Source: an uncultured Rickettsiales bacterium (GTDB lineage: Bacteria; Pseudomonadota; Alphaproteobacteria; Rickettsiales; SXRF01). From it: 64,000 nucleotides of DNA. The stretch spans positions 69,789 to 133,788 of the forward strand of contig CAZYBO010000005.1 in the NCBI GenBank assembly GCA_964645205.1, read 5' to 3'. Positions 28,236 through 38,045 of this stretch are shown here, piece after piece. The notes beneath the pieces are model-generated. The model did not search any database, was not told the DNA's origin, and saw only the letters and a list, made by a program, of their open reading frames with translations. The position numbers were made by a program, and so were the translations under genes. The first letter of the stretch is position 1. The number at the start of each line of letters is the position of its first letter.

Positions 28236-29650
28236 ACGATATGTTGCGCTTCGTCACTGCCGGACAGGAATATCCTGATGTTACGTCAGCCGACCAGCGC
28301 AAACATGATTTCAAGGAAATCTACAGCCTGTTCTCTCCCGAAAAAGCCGCGCAGCAAGCGTCGCGCTGCTCGCAGTGCGGCGTGCCGTTTTGCCAGATTC
28401 ACTGCCCGCTTTCAAACAACATCCCCGACTGGCTGAAGCTCACCGCCGAAGGCCGCCTGAGGGAAGCCTACGAACTCTCCGCCGCTACCAATACCTTCCC
28501 CGAAATATGCGGCCGCATTTGCCCGCAGGATCGGTTGTGCGAAGGTAATTGCGTCATCGAAAAAGATTTCAAGGCGGTCACCATCGGCTCGGTGGAAAAA
28601 TTCCTGACAGAAACCGCTTTCGCGGAAGGCTGGGTGGAACCGATCCGCGCTGCGCGCGAGAACGGTTTTTCGGTGGGTATCATCGGCGCGGGGCCTGCGG
28701 GACTTGCGGCTGCCGACGCGTTGCGCCGCAAAGGATATGAGGTGCATATCTACGACCGCTACGACCGCGCGGGCGGGCTGATGATCTACGGCATCCCCAA
28801 TTTCAAGTTGGAAAAATCCGTGGTGCTGCGCCGCCACGCGCTGCTGGAGCAAGGCGGTATACATTTCCATTTCAACTGTGAGGTAGGACGCAACATCACG
28901 CTGGAAGAACTGCGCACGCGGCACGACGCGGTGCTCATCGCCACCGGCGTGTATAAGCCGCGCGACATCGAGTTGCCTGAATATAATTTGAACAACATCG
29001 TACCCGCCCTGCCCTACCTCGTAGCCAGCAACCGCGAGGGGCTTGGCGATAAGGTGAGCGATCAGGTGAACGCTTCCGGCAAAGATGTCGTCGTCATCGG
29101 CGGCGGCGACACGGCGATGGATTGCGTACGCACCGCCGTGCGTCAGGGCGCGGCCAGCGTCACCTGCCTCTACCGCCGCGACCGCGCCAACATGCCCGGC
29201 AGCCAGCGCGAAGTGAAAAACGCCGAGGAAGAAGGCGTGCAGTTCCACTGGATGGCCGCGCCTAAAGCGTTCGTAGGCAGTGGCGCGATTGAACAAATTT
29301 TAGTACAGCGCATGCGCTTCACCACGCACGACGCCTCCGGCCGCCAGTCCGTCGTACCTATCGACGGAGAAACCTACGCGCTTCCCGCAACACTTGCGAT
29401 CAAGGCGCTGGGCTTCGACGCCGAAGCGCTGCCAACATTATGGAATGCCCCTGAACTAGGAGTGCGCGTAAACGGCACGATCGTCATCCACCCGCAAAGT
29501 TTCGCCACCAGCATGGAAGGTGTGTTCGCTGCGGGCGACATCGTGCGCGGCGCATCTCTCGTCGTATGGGCGATCCGCGACGGCCGCGACGCCGCCGATG
29601 CCATACACCGTTACATCCAATCAGGAAAAGCAGGAAGGAAAGCCGCATGA
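28232..29650 (+). CDS. gltD: Glutamate synthase small subunit
   Basis: RCSQCGVPFCQIHCP, CGRICPQDRLCEGNC, GAGPAGL, GGGDTAMDC, GASLVVWAI. Confidence 0.97.
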   Translation: MNDMLRFVTAGQEYPDVTSADQRKHDFKEIYSLFSPEKAAQQASRCSQCGVPFCQIHCPLSNNIPDWLKLTAEGRLREAYELSAATNTFPEICGRICPQDRLCEGNCVIEKDFKAVTIGSVEKFLTETAFAEGWVEPIRAARENGFSVGIIGAGPAGLAAADALRRKGYEVHIYDRYDRAGGLMIYGIPNFKLEKSVVLRRHALLEQGGIHFHFNCEVGRNITLEELRTRHDAVLIATGVYKPRDIELPEYNLNNIVPALPYLVASNREGLGDKVSDQVNASGKDVVVIGGGDTAMDCVRTAVRQGAASVTCLYRRDRANMPGSQREVKNAEEEGVQFHWMAAPKAFVGSGAIEQILVQRMRFTTHDASGRQSVVPIDGETYALPATLAIKALGFDAEALPTLWNAPELGVRVNGTIVIHPQSFATSMEGVFAAGDIVRGASLVVWAIRDGRDAADAIHRYIQSGKAGRKAA

Positions 29651-30246
29651 AGCACCTGATATTCGTATTTATCGCCTGTATAGCCGCGCACGACGCGATG
29701 GCCGCGCGCATGCGCGACATGTCGCTGTCGGTGGAAGATTCGATGCGCGAACCCGACATCACCACGACCAATCCACAAGACTATCTGAACCCCGGCGGAT
29801 TCGGCAGCAACACGCAAGGCACGCTCAAAGCGCCAACAAAGCCAGGAGGCTACGGTTCTGCCTATAGCGGGGCGAACAACTACGACGCAACCGCCCTTCC
29901 CGCCGACTCCTACATGGTAGGCTACTGCGACCCCAATGTCGGCGTGCGTGCGGGCGCAATGCAGGACTGCATCGCGCAAGGCAAGAAACAAACCTGCGAC
30001 ATATTCGCGCAACTACCCAACGACGCGCAGCGCCTGCTCGACCGCACCATATCCTGCCTGAGCGACACCGCCGAATACGAAGACGATTATGACAGCGCGC
30101 GCAAGGATTGCGGCTACGAGCGCGCCCGCCTCGGCCTGCTGAAAAAATACTGGGAAGAGCAGCAAACCGCGTATGCGCTGGTGTTCCTGCCCGATATGGT
30201 CATGAACGCCGCCGCAAACTGCATGCCTAACCGCAGGGGGTACTAA
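29647..30246 (+). CDS. Secreted cysteine-containing hypothetical protein
   Basis: ATG overlaps the gltD stop (ATGA). Signal peptide MKHLIFVFIACIAAHDAMA, 6 Cys in the mature part. Confidence 0.65.
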   Translation: MKHLIFVFIACIAAHDAMAARMRDMSLSVEDSMREPDITTTNPQDYLNPGGFGSNTQGTLKAPTKPGGYGSAYSGANNYDATALPADSYMVGYCDPNVGVRAGAMQDCIAQGKKQTCDIFAQLPNDAQRLLDRTISCLSDTAEYEDDYDSARKDCGYERARLGLLKKYWEEQQTAYALVFLPDMVMNAAANCMPNRRGY

Positions 30247-30248
30247 GC

Positions 30249-33200
30249 GTGCATTATTCGTGGGATGAGGAATGGAACCGCCGTGCCGCAGCACTCGCCG
30301 CGCACGGTCTCTATGATCCCGCGAACGAACACGACGCGTGCGGCGTAGGCTTCGTCGCCGCTATCGACGGCAAACCACGCCGCAGCATCGTCGAAGCCGC
30401 TATCGAAGCGCTGAAAGCCGTCTACCATCGCGGCGCAGTTGATGCCGACGGCAAGACTGGCGACGGCGCGGGCATCCATATCCAGATTCCGTTCGCATTT
30501 TTCCGCGAGCATATCGAACGTTCGGGGCGTGCGCTTGCCAGCGATAAACTGGCCGTAGGCATGATGTTCCTACCCAAGAAAAATCTCGGCGCGCAGGAAA
30601 CCTGCCGCGGCATCGTCGAAAGCGAAATCCTCTCATTCGGCTACCGAATATATGGTTGGCGGCAGGTTCCGGTGAAGGCCGAGCTGATCGGCGAAATCGC
30701 CAACGACTCGCGCCCGGAAATCGAACAGATCCTCATCGCAGGCAAAGAAGGCGCGGACGAAGAGCAATTCGAGCGCGACCTCTACATTATTCGCAAGCGT
30801 ATCGAAAAAGCCGTTCGCGCCCGCGCCATCAATGATTTTTACGTCAGCTCGCTATCGTGCCGCTCCGTTATTTACAAGGGATTGTTCAAAGCCGAGCAGC
30901 TCACCGCCTTTTATCCCGACCTGCTCGACGAGCGCTTTGTCTCCGCCTTCGCTATTTTCCACCAGCGCTTCTCCACCAACACCGCCCCCGCATGGCACCT
31001 CGCGCAGCCCTTCCGCATGATCGCGCATAACGGCGAAATCAACACGCTGAAGGGCAACATCAATTTCATGCGCAGCCACGAATCCACCTTCCGCTGCGCC
31101 GCGTTTGACGGCTTCGAGCAGGACATCACCCCCGTCATTCCCGACAACACATCGGACACCGGCGCGCTCGACTCCGTGGTGGAAATCCTCACCCGCGCAG
31201 GCCGCCCGCTGCCGCTGACCAAACTGATTTTAATCCCGCCCGCATGGAGCGGCGTAGCCGACATGCCGCAGGCGCACAAGGACATGTTCAGCTGCTTAAA
31301 CAGTATCTCCGAACAATGGGACGGCCCCGCCGCCATCGCTGCCACCGACGGCAAGTGGGTGATCGCAGGCATGGATCGCAACGGCCTGCGACCCATGCGC
31401 TACAGCGTCACCACCGACGGGATCGTGATTATTTGCTCCGAAAGCGGAATGGTCGAGCTTGCCGATTCGCAGATCATCGAGCGTGGTCGCTTAGGCCCCG
31501 GTGAAATTCTCGGCATCGACCTCGAAGCAGGCAGGCTCTATAAAGACCGCGAGTTAAAAGACCACCTCGCCGCACAGCACCCGTATGGGGAGTGGGTGGG
31601 GAATATTGTGCGGCTTAGTGATTTAGCGGTCAGCGTTCAGCGATCAGTGGCCGGTAAGGAAGAAAATATCCTGCTTACTGACCGCCGAACGCTGACCGCT
31701 GACCGCTTACACACGCTCCACCTCGCCACCGGTCTTACGCACGAAGACCTCGAAATCATCCTCCACCCCATGGCCGCCGACGGTAAGGAAGCCGTAGGCT
31801 CGATGGGAGACGACACGCCGATGGCGGTGCTGGCCGATGCGCATCGCGGCTTCCACCATTTCTTCCGCCAGAATTTCTCGCAAGTGACTAATCCGCCGAT
31901 CGACAGCTTGCGCGAGCGCCGCGTGATGAGTTTGTTCACCCGTTTCGGCAATGACGGTAATTATCTGGCGCTCGATAATTCGCACAGCAAGATCCTGCTC
32001 GCCGAAACGCCCGTGCTGCTTGCGCGCGAAATGACCGCCATTCGCAACCACTTCCACGACCGCATCACTGAAATCGACACGCTGTTCGCGCTCGACGGCA
32101 CGCTGCGCGAAGGCATAGAAGCCCTCATCCGCAAAGCCGAGGAATCCATCAAGAACGGCCGCAACTATCTGCTGCTCACCGACCTGCGCATGGATGAAAC
32201 CCACGCCGCCATCCCGATAATCCTTGCGGTTTCCGCGCTGCACAGCCACCTCGTTAAAAACAAATTGCGCAAGCGCGTGTCCATTTTAGTCTCCACGTCT
32301 GAATGCATTGAGGTGCATTGCTGCGCCGTGTTGATCGGTGTAGGCGCTACCGTCGTGCATCCATACCTTGCTGAAGAAACGCTCCGTCAGCGTCATGCAC
32401 AGGGGCTGTTCGCAGGCAAAGGGCTGCCCGATATGCTGGCGAATTACCGCGATGCGATGAGCAACGGCCTGCTCAAAGTCATGTCGAAAATGGGTATCGG
32501 CGTCATCAGCGCCTATCGTGGCGGCCTGAATTTCGAGGCGATCGGCCTTTCGCGCGCGCTCGCCGCCGAATTTTTCCCCGGCCTGCCCTCGCGCATTTCC
32601 GGCATCGGGCTGGACGGTATCGAGCGCCGCGTGCGCGAATTGCATGAAAGAGCGTTCAGTAACGTCGAGCAGCTTCCCATCGGCGGCTTTTACCGCTACC
32701 GCGCGAATGCAGAAAACCACGCGTGGGAAGGCAAGCAGATTCACATGCTGCAAACCGCGGTAACTACTGGTTCTTATCAGACCTTCAAGCAATACACGCA
32801 GTCTATCTACAGCCAGCAGCCGCTGCACCTGCGCGACCTGCTCGATTTCCGCCGTACGCAGCCTGCCGTCGCCATCGATGAGGTGGAATCCATCACCGAA
32901 ATCCGCAAACGCTTCATCGCGCCCGCCATGTCGCTGGGCGCACTCTCGCCGGAAGCGCACGAAACGCTGGCGATTGCTATGAATCGCATGGGCGCGGCAT
33001 CGAACTCCGGCGAAGGCGGCGAAGGCGCGGAGCGCTACAAGCCGTTGCCCAACGGCGACAACGCGAACTCCACCGTGAAGCAGGTAGCCTCGGCGCGTTT
33101 CGGCGTTACGGCGGAATATTTAAACAGCGCACAGGAATTGCAGATCAAGGTCGCCCAAGGCGCAAAACCCGGTGAAGGCGGCCAGCTTCCCGGCTTCAAA

Positions 33201-34799
33201 GTCACCACAGAAATCGCCCGGCTGCGCCACGCCACGCCCGGCGTCATGCTCATCTCCCCGCCGCCGCACCACGATATTTATTCCATCGAGGATTTAGCGC
33301 AGCTCATCTACGATTTGAAACAAATCAACCCGGATGCCATCGTGTCCGTCAAGCTCGTCGCGCAGTCGGGCATTGGCACCATCGCCAGCGGCGTGGCCAA
33401 GGCGATGGCGGATAAAATCGTGATCGCGGGGCATTCCGGCGGCACCGGCGCAAGCCCGTGGTCGTCCATCAAACATGCGGGCATCCCGTGGGAAATGGGG
33501 CTTTCTGAAGCTAATCAGGTGCTAACGCTCGGCCGACTGCGCCACCGCGTGAAGCTACAAACCGACGGCGGCCTTAAAACCGGGCGCGACATCGTCATCG
33601 CCGCCATGCTCGGCGCAGAGGAATATGCGCTGGGCACCGCGTCGCTGGTGGCTATGGGCTGCCTGCTCGTGCGCCAATGCCACAGCAACACCTGTCCGGT
33701 GGGGATCACCACGCAAGACCCGGCTTTACGCGCAAAATTCCATGGCACAGTGGAAAAAGTCGTGAATCTCTTTTCCTTCGTTGCCGAAGAAGTGCGCGAA
33801 ATTCTTGCCTCGCTCGGCTTTACGAATTTGTACGATATTATCGGCCGCTCCGATTTACTGATGCAGGTAGGTCGCGGCAGCGAGGATTTAGTTGATCTCG
33901 ACCTCAACAACCTCCTCGCGCAGGCCGACGCCGGCAGCCACAAGCGCTACTGCACCCTCACCTCGCGCAACGAAGTGCCCGACACGCTCGACGCGCAGAT
34001 GCTCAAGGACGCGCACGACGCGCTGGAGCGCGGCCAGAAAATCCAGCTCGCCTACAATGTGCGCAACACCATGCGCGCCATCGGCACGCGCCTGTCGTCG
34101 ATGATGGTGCGCCGCTTTGATACCGCCACGCTCCAGCCCGACCATATCACCCTGCGCCTGCGCGGGTCAGCGGGGCAATCGCTCGGCGCATTCGCCGTAC
34201 GCGGCCTGAAAATCGAACTGCTGGGCGATGCGAATGATTATGTGGGCAAAGGCTTGTCGGGCGCAACCATCGTGGTCAAACCGCGCCCGTCCAGCACGCT
34301 CGTTCCACATGAGAACACCATCATCGGCAACACGGTGCTCTACGGCGCCACCGCCGGAAAATTATTCGCCAGCGGACAGGCGGGTGAGCGCTTCGCCGTG
34401 CGCAACTCCGGCGCTATTGCCGTCATCGAAGGCTGCGGCAGCAACGGCTGCGAATACATGACGGGCGGCACGGTAATCATTCTAGGCGGCACCGGCCACA
34501 ATTTCGCCGCGGGCATGACCGGCGGCATGGCCTTCGTCTATGACGATAGCAACCATTTCGAGCCACGCGTGAATGCGGACACCGTGATTTACCAGCGCGT
34601 TGAAACCGCATACTGGCAGCAGGTGCTGCGCGATCTGCTTGCAGAGCACCTGCAGGAAACCGGCTCCCTGCGCGCCGAAAGCATCCTCGCCGGATTTGAG
34701 TGGGAGCTGCCGAAATTCTGGCAAATATGCCCGAAAGAAATGGTGGAACGCCTTGAACATCCTTTATCGGATACGGCGCAGAAAGCGAGGCGCGCATGA
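30249..34799 (+). CDS. gltB: Glutamate synthase large subunit
   Basis: HDA-CGVGF N-terminal nucleophile, KVAQGAKPGEGGQL, CLLVRQCHSNTCPVG. Confidence 0.98.
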   Translation: MHYSWDEEWNRRAAALAAHGLYDPANEHDACGVGFVAAIDGKPRRSIVEAAIEALKAVYHRGAVDADGKTGDGAGIHIQIPFAFFREHIERSGRALASDKLAVGMMFLPKKNLGAQETCRGIVESEILSFGYRIYGWRQVPVKAELIGEIANDSRPEIEQILIAGKEGADEEQFERDLYIIRKRIEKAVRARAINDFYVSSLSCRSVIYKGLFKAEQLTAFYPDLLDERFVSAFAIFHQRFSTNTAPAWHLAQPFRMIAHNGEINTLKGNINFMRSHESTFRCAAFDGFEQDITPVIPDNTSDTGALDSVVEILTRAGRPLPLTKLILIPPAWSGVADMPQAHKDMFSCLNSISEQWDGPAAIAATDGKWVIAGMDRNGLRPMRYSVTTDGIVIICSESGMVELADSQIIERGRLGPGEILGIDLEAGRLYKDRELKDHLAAQHPYGEWVGNIVRLSDLAVSVQRSVAGKEENILLTDRRTLTADRLHTLHLATGLTHEDLEIILHPMAADGKEAVGSMGDDTPMAVLADAHRGFHHFFRQNFSQVTNPPIDSLRERRVMSLFTRFGNDGNYLALDNSHSKILLAETPVLLAREMTAIRNHFHDRITEIDTLFALDGTLREGIEALIRKAEESIKNGRNYLLLTDLRMDETHAAIPIILAVSALHSHLVKNKLRKRVSILVSTSECIEVHCCAVLIGVGATVVHPYLAEETLRQRHAQGLFAGKGLPDMLANYRDAMSNGLLKVMSKMGIGVISAYRGGLNFEAIGLSRALAAEFFPGLPSRISGIGLDGIERRVRELHERAFSNVEQLPIGGFYRYRANAENHAWEGKQIHMLQTAVTTGSYQTFKQYTQSIYSQQPLHLRDLLDFRRTQPAVAIDEVESITEIRKRFIAPAMSLGALSPEAHETLAIAMNRMGAASNSGEGGEGAERYKPLPNGDNANSTVKQVASARFGVTAEYLNSAQELQIKVAQGAKPGEGGQLPGFKVTTEIARLRHATPGVMLISPPPHHDIYSIEDLAQLIYDLKQINPDAIVSVKLVAQSGIGTIASGVAKAMADKIVIAGHSGGTGASPWSSIKHAGIPWEMGLSEANQVLTLGRLRHRVKLQTDGGLKTGRDIVIAAMLGAEEYALGTASLVAMGCLLVRQCHSNTCPVGITTQDPALRAKFHGTVEKVVNLFSFVAEEVREILASLGFTNLYDIIGRSDLLMQVGRGSEDLVDLDLNNLLAQADAGSHKRYCTLTSRNEVPDTLDAQMLKDAHDALERGQKIQLAYNVRNTMRAIGTRLSSMMVRRFDTATLQPDHITLRLRGSAGQSLGAFAVRGLKIELLGDANDYVGKGLSGATIVVKPRPSSTLVPHENTIIGNTVLYGATAGKLFASGQAGERFAVRNSGAIAVIEGCGSNGCEYMTGGTVIILGGTGHNFAAGMTGGMAFVYDDSNHFEPRVNADTVIYQRVETAYWQQVLRDLLAEHLQETGSLRAESILAGFEWELPKFWQICPKEMVERLEHPLSDTAQKARRA
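31625..31707. repeat. In-frame palindromic heptamer element within gltB
   Basis: AGCGGTCAGCGTTCAGCGATCAGT (31625-31648) versus the inverted arm at 31677-31700, 22/24 matches, with 7-nt periodicity. Confidence 0.85.
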
Positions 34800-35467
34800 C
34801 TCGCCAGCTTTACCACACGCACCTCTCCCCCTTCTGCCGCAAAATTCGCATGATGCTGAAGGAAAAAGACCTGCCGTTTGAACTCGTGCAGGAAAACCCG
34901 TGGGATCGTAATCTGGAATTTTTCGCGCTCAACCCGGCTGGCGAAGTGCCGGTGCTGGTGGAAGATAACGGCACGGTAGTGTCCGGCGCCTACGCTATCG
35001 GCGAATATCTGGAAGAAACCTACCCACAGATCACCCTGCTGGGAAAAACCGCTCCCGAACGCGCCGAAGTGCGCCGCCTGATCGACTGGTTCGACCATAA
35101 GTTTGATTATGAAGTCACGCAGAACGTGCTGTTTGAAAAAGTGTTCAAGCATTATTTCCAGTGCGGCGAGCCGAATTCCGGCGCCATCCGCACGGGAAAA
35201 ACCAACATGCTCTACCATCTCGATTACATCGGCTACTTAGCAAACGAGCGCTATTTCCTCGCGGGCGACGCGCTCACGCTGGCCGATCTTGCGGCCGCCG
35301 CGCATTTATCCGCGCTCGATTATTTAGGCGATGTGCAGTGGGAATATAACCCCTGCGCGCGCAACTGGTACGCGCTGATGAAATCGCGCCCGTCGATGCG
35401 CAGCATCCTTACCGAACGCGTGCGCGGCGTGCGCCCGCCGGTTTATTATGAAAACCCGGATTTCTGA
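34796..35467 (+). CDS. Glutathione S-transferase family protein
   Basis: LYHTHLSPFCRKIR, NPAGEVPVL, LTLADLAAAAHLSALDY. Confidence 0.92.
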   Translation: MTRQLYHTHLSPFCRKIRMMLKEKDLPFELVQENPWDRNLEFFALNPAGEVPVLVEDNGTVVSGAYAIGEYLEETYPQITLLGKTAPERAEVRRLIDWFDHKFDYEVTQNVLFEKVFKHYFQCGEPNSGAIRTGKTNMLYHLDYIGYLANERYFLAGDALTLADLAAAAHLSALDYLGDVQWEYNPCARNWYALMKSRPSMRSILTERVRGVRPPVYYENPDF

Positions 35468-36545
35468 GGGAATCACCTCACAGGCTCGCGCGCTCGGCTT
35501 CGACACCGTAGGCTTCGCACGCCCCCAGCTCGCCGCGCGCTATGCCGCCGGGCTTGGGGAGTTTCTCGCACTCGGGCATCACGGCGACATGCAGTGGATG
35601 GAAGAAAAAGCCGACCGCCGCAGCGATCCGCTGACGCTATGGCCGGAGGCGAAAAGCGTCATCGTGCTCGGTCACAATTACGCACCCGAAACGAATCCGA
35701 TGGAAAAACTCGCGCAGAAAAACATCGGCAATATTTCCTGCTACGCGCTGAACGAAGATTATCATGAGGTGATCAAGAAAAAACTGAAAGCGCTCGCGCG
35801 TTGGTTGGTGGCAACGTACGGCGGCGACGTCAAAGTATTCGTAGACACCGCGCCCGTAATGGAAAAGCCGTTGGCGGAAGCTGCGGGATTGGGTTGGGTG
35901 GGAAAGCACACTTGCTTAGTCAGCCGCGAATTCGGTTCGTGGCTGTTTATCGGCAGCGTGTTTACGACGCTGGATTACAATGTCATCCTGAGCGAAGCGA
36001 AGGATCTTGCCGGAGCAAAGAAAGATTCTTCACCTGCGGTTCAGAATGACATTGCGCACTGCGGCACCTGTACCAAATGTATCGACATTTGCCCCACACA
36101 GGCCTTCACCGCCGAACGCAAGCTGGATGCGCGGCGCTGCATTTCCTATCTTACCATCGAACATAAAGGGCAGATTCCGCTGGAATTCCGCAAAGCCATC
36201 GGCAACCGCATCTACGGGTGCGACGATTGCCTCGCCGTCTGCCCGTGGAATAAATTCGCGCAAGTTGCAAACGAGTCCGCTTATCATCCACGCAAAGAAC
36301 TGGAGGCGCCGTTGCTACGCGAACTCGTGCTGCTCGACGATACCGCCTTCCGCGACTATTTTCGTAAATCCCCAGTTAAACGCATCGGACGCGACCGCTT
36401 CGTACGCAATGTGCTTATCGCCATCGGCAACAGCGGTGATCGTTCGCTAGCCGGAATTATTTCCCCGCTGCAAAATGACGCGTCATCGCTCGTCGCGGAC
36501 ATGGCGACATGGGCAGTTGAAGAATTACAACGAACCGTGCTATAA
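35448..36545 (+). CDS. queG: Epoxyqueuosine reductase
   Basis: YHEVIKKKL, VDTAPVMEK, CGTCTKCIDICPT, RCISYLTIE, YGCDDCLAVCPWN. Confidence 0.96.
   Translation: MKTRISEGITSQARALGFDTVGFARPQLAARYAAGLGEFLALGHHGDMQWMEEKADRRSDPLTLWPEAKSVIVLGHNYAPETNPMEKLAQKNIGNISCYALNEDYHEVIKKKLKALARWLVATYGGDVKVFVDTAPVMEKPLAEAAGLGWVGKHTCLVSREFGSWLFIGSVFTTLDYNVILSEAKDLAGAKKDSSPAVQNDIAHCGTCTKCIDICPTQAFTAERKLDARRCISYLTIEHKGQIPLEFRKAIGNRIYGCDDCLAVCPWNKFAQVANESAYHPRKELEAPLLRELVLLDDTAFRDYFRKSPVKRIGRDRFVRNVLIAIGNSGDRSLAGIISPLQNDASSLVADMATWAVEELQRTVL
35981..36051. repeat. Gene-less YGTC hairpin dimer (type B), in frame inside queG
   Basis: TGTCATCCTGAGCGAAGCGAAGGATCT...AGATTCTTCACCTGCGGTTCAGAATGACA. The left arm is 1 nt from the arms flanking the GIY-YIG gene at 58313. 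Confidence 0.92.
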
Positions 36546-36551
36546 AAAAAC

Positions 36552-36812
36552 ATGCAGCCCATCACTATCTACAGCAAAGATTATTGCCCCTATTGCACGA
36601 AGGCGAAGCTCCTTCTGAAACGCAAGGGCAGAGCGGATATCACGGAGATCGACATCACGCACGATGAAGCGCTGCAGCAGGAGATGATCACAAAATCCGG
36701 CGGACGAAAAACCGTTCCGCAGATTTTTATCGGCGACACGCATGTCGGCGGATACGATGATTTACACGCACTCGATGTAAGCGGGAAACTCAACGCGATG
36801 TTAAACGCATGA
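36552..36812 (+). CDS. grxC: Glutaredoxin 3
   Basis: CPYC, TVPQIFIG, GGYDDL. Confidence 0.96.
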   Translation: MQPITIYSKDYCPYCTKAKLLLKRKGRADITEIDITHDEALQQEMITKSGGRKTVPQIFIGDTHVGGYDDLHALDVSGKLNAMLNA

Positions 36813-36995
36813 ACGGAAGTTTTTGTAGCGCATCTCGTTGCATCTTTGCAACATCACTAGGTTTTCTATTCTATTTAGATGCAGCCACCATATATTGTTC
36901 TGGCGAAGTCTAAATTTTTTGTAAATAATAGATAAAATTTTAGATAAATTGTATCCGACCTACTCGGATAAGACAGAAAAGAGAGCATAAACAGG

Positions 36996-37430
36996 GTGTT
37001 ATACTGGAAATTGTGGTCATCGTTCTGGCAAGGTTGGGCCGAGGTTCTGCGGGATAACGCGGAAACCGATACTAACCAGCCGGTTAGCGAAAAACCTACA
37101 GAATCTTCCAGTGCTGATAATTGCCAATATTTGAGCGAGTATCTCATGCAGAAAACCGAAATTGCCCAACGTGCGCGCGCCGAACTCCTGTCGAACATGA
37201 ATCACGATTTGCGCACGCCGCTCAATGCGGTGATCGGATTCGCGCAGATCATCGAGAGCGAAATTTTCGGCAAAGTCAGCCCGCAATATCTCGAATATGC
37301 GCGCCACATTCAAGAAAGCGGCTACGAGTTGCTCGACCGCATCGAAGACCTGCTCGACCATCCCTACCCCAAAGAAAACGAGCCGGTGATTGTGGCCAAG
37401 AAGGTCAAGAAGCTCGCCGTCGCGGATTAA
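36996..37430 (+). CDS. Stand-alone HisKA/DHp domain protein (PleC/DivJ-like) without ATPase domain
   Basis: NMNHDLRTPLNAVIGFAQII..IFG..QYLEYARHIQESG..LL..IEDLLD, then a short basic tail and stop. GTG start is uncertain. Confidence 0.75.
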   Translation: MLYWKLWSSFWQGWAEVLRDNAETDTNQPVSEKPTESSSADNCQYLSEYLMQKTEIAQRARAELLSNMNHDLRTPLNAVIGFAQIIESEIFGKVSPQYLEYARHIQESGYELLDRIEDLLDHPYPKENEPVIVAKKVKKLAVAD

Positions 37431-37448
37431 ATCCGCTATACTCCCCGC

Positions 37449-38045
37449 ATGGATAAAGCACTCGCAGCACGCGACATCATCGCACACGCAGCCCCGCTCG
37501 CGTCATTCGACGGCTGGAACATAGCCACGCTCCAGCAGGCGGCGGTAGCGTGCGGCTACAAAAAAACCGACGTTATCCGCGTATTCCCGGGCGGCGCGAT
37601 CGACGCGGTGAATGCATTTTTCGCACAGGCCGACGATGCCATGCTGAACACACTCGAAGGCTACAGCCTCGGCACCATGAAAATCCGCGAACGCATCGCC
37701 ACCGCCGTGCGCATTCGCATCTGCGTACACGAAGATCACCCCGAAGCGCTGCGCCGCGCGCGCGCGCTGCAATCCCTGCCCTTCTTTTGCCACCATGCCA
37801 TGAAAAGCCTGTACCGCACCGTGGACACGATTTGGTATGCCGCGGGCGACAGCTCTACCGATTTTAATTTCTATACCAAGCGCCTCATGCTGGCGGGCGT
37901 CTACGGCGCAACCCTTACGTTCTGGCTTGACGATAAAAGCCCCGGGAAATCGAATAGCTGGGCATTCCTGGATCGCCGTATCGAAGATGTGATGAAGATC
38001 GAAAGCGCGAAACACACGTTGAAACGCTGGTTCAAAACCGCCTGA
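37449..38045 (+). CDS. COQ9-family (rpsU-divergent) protein
   Basis: FDGW, KIRERIATAVRIR, IWYAAGDSSTDFNFYTKR, SWAFLDRRIEDVM. Confidence 0.9.
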   Translation: MDKALAARDIIAHAAPLASFDGWNIATLQQAAVACGYKKTDVIRVFPGGAIDAVNAFFAQADDAMLNTLEGYSLGTMKIRERIATAVRIRICVHEDHPEALRRARALQSLPFFCHHAMKSLYRTVDTIWYAAGDSSTDFNFYTKRLMLAGVYGATLTFWLDDKSPGKSNSWAFLDRRIEDVMKIESAKHTLKRWFKTA

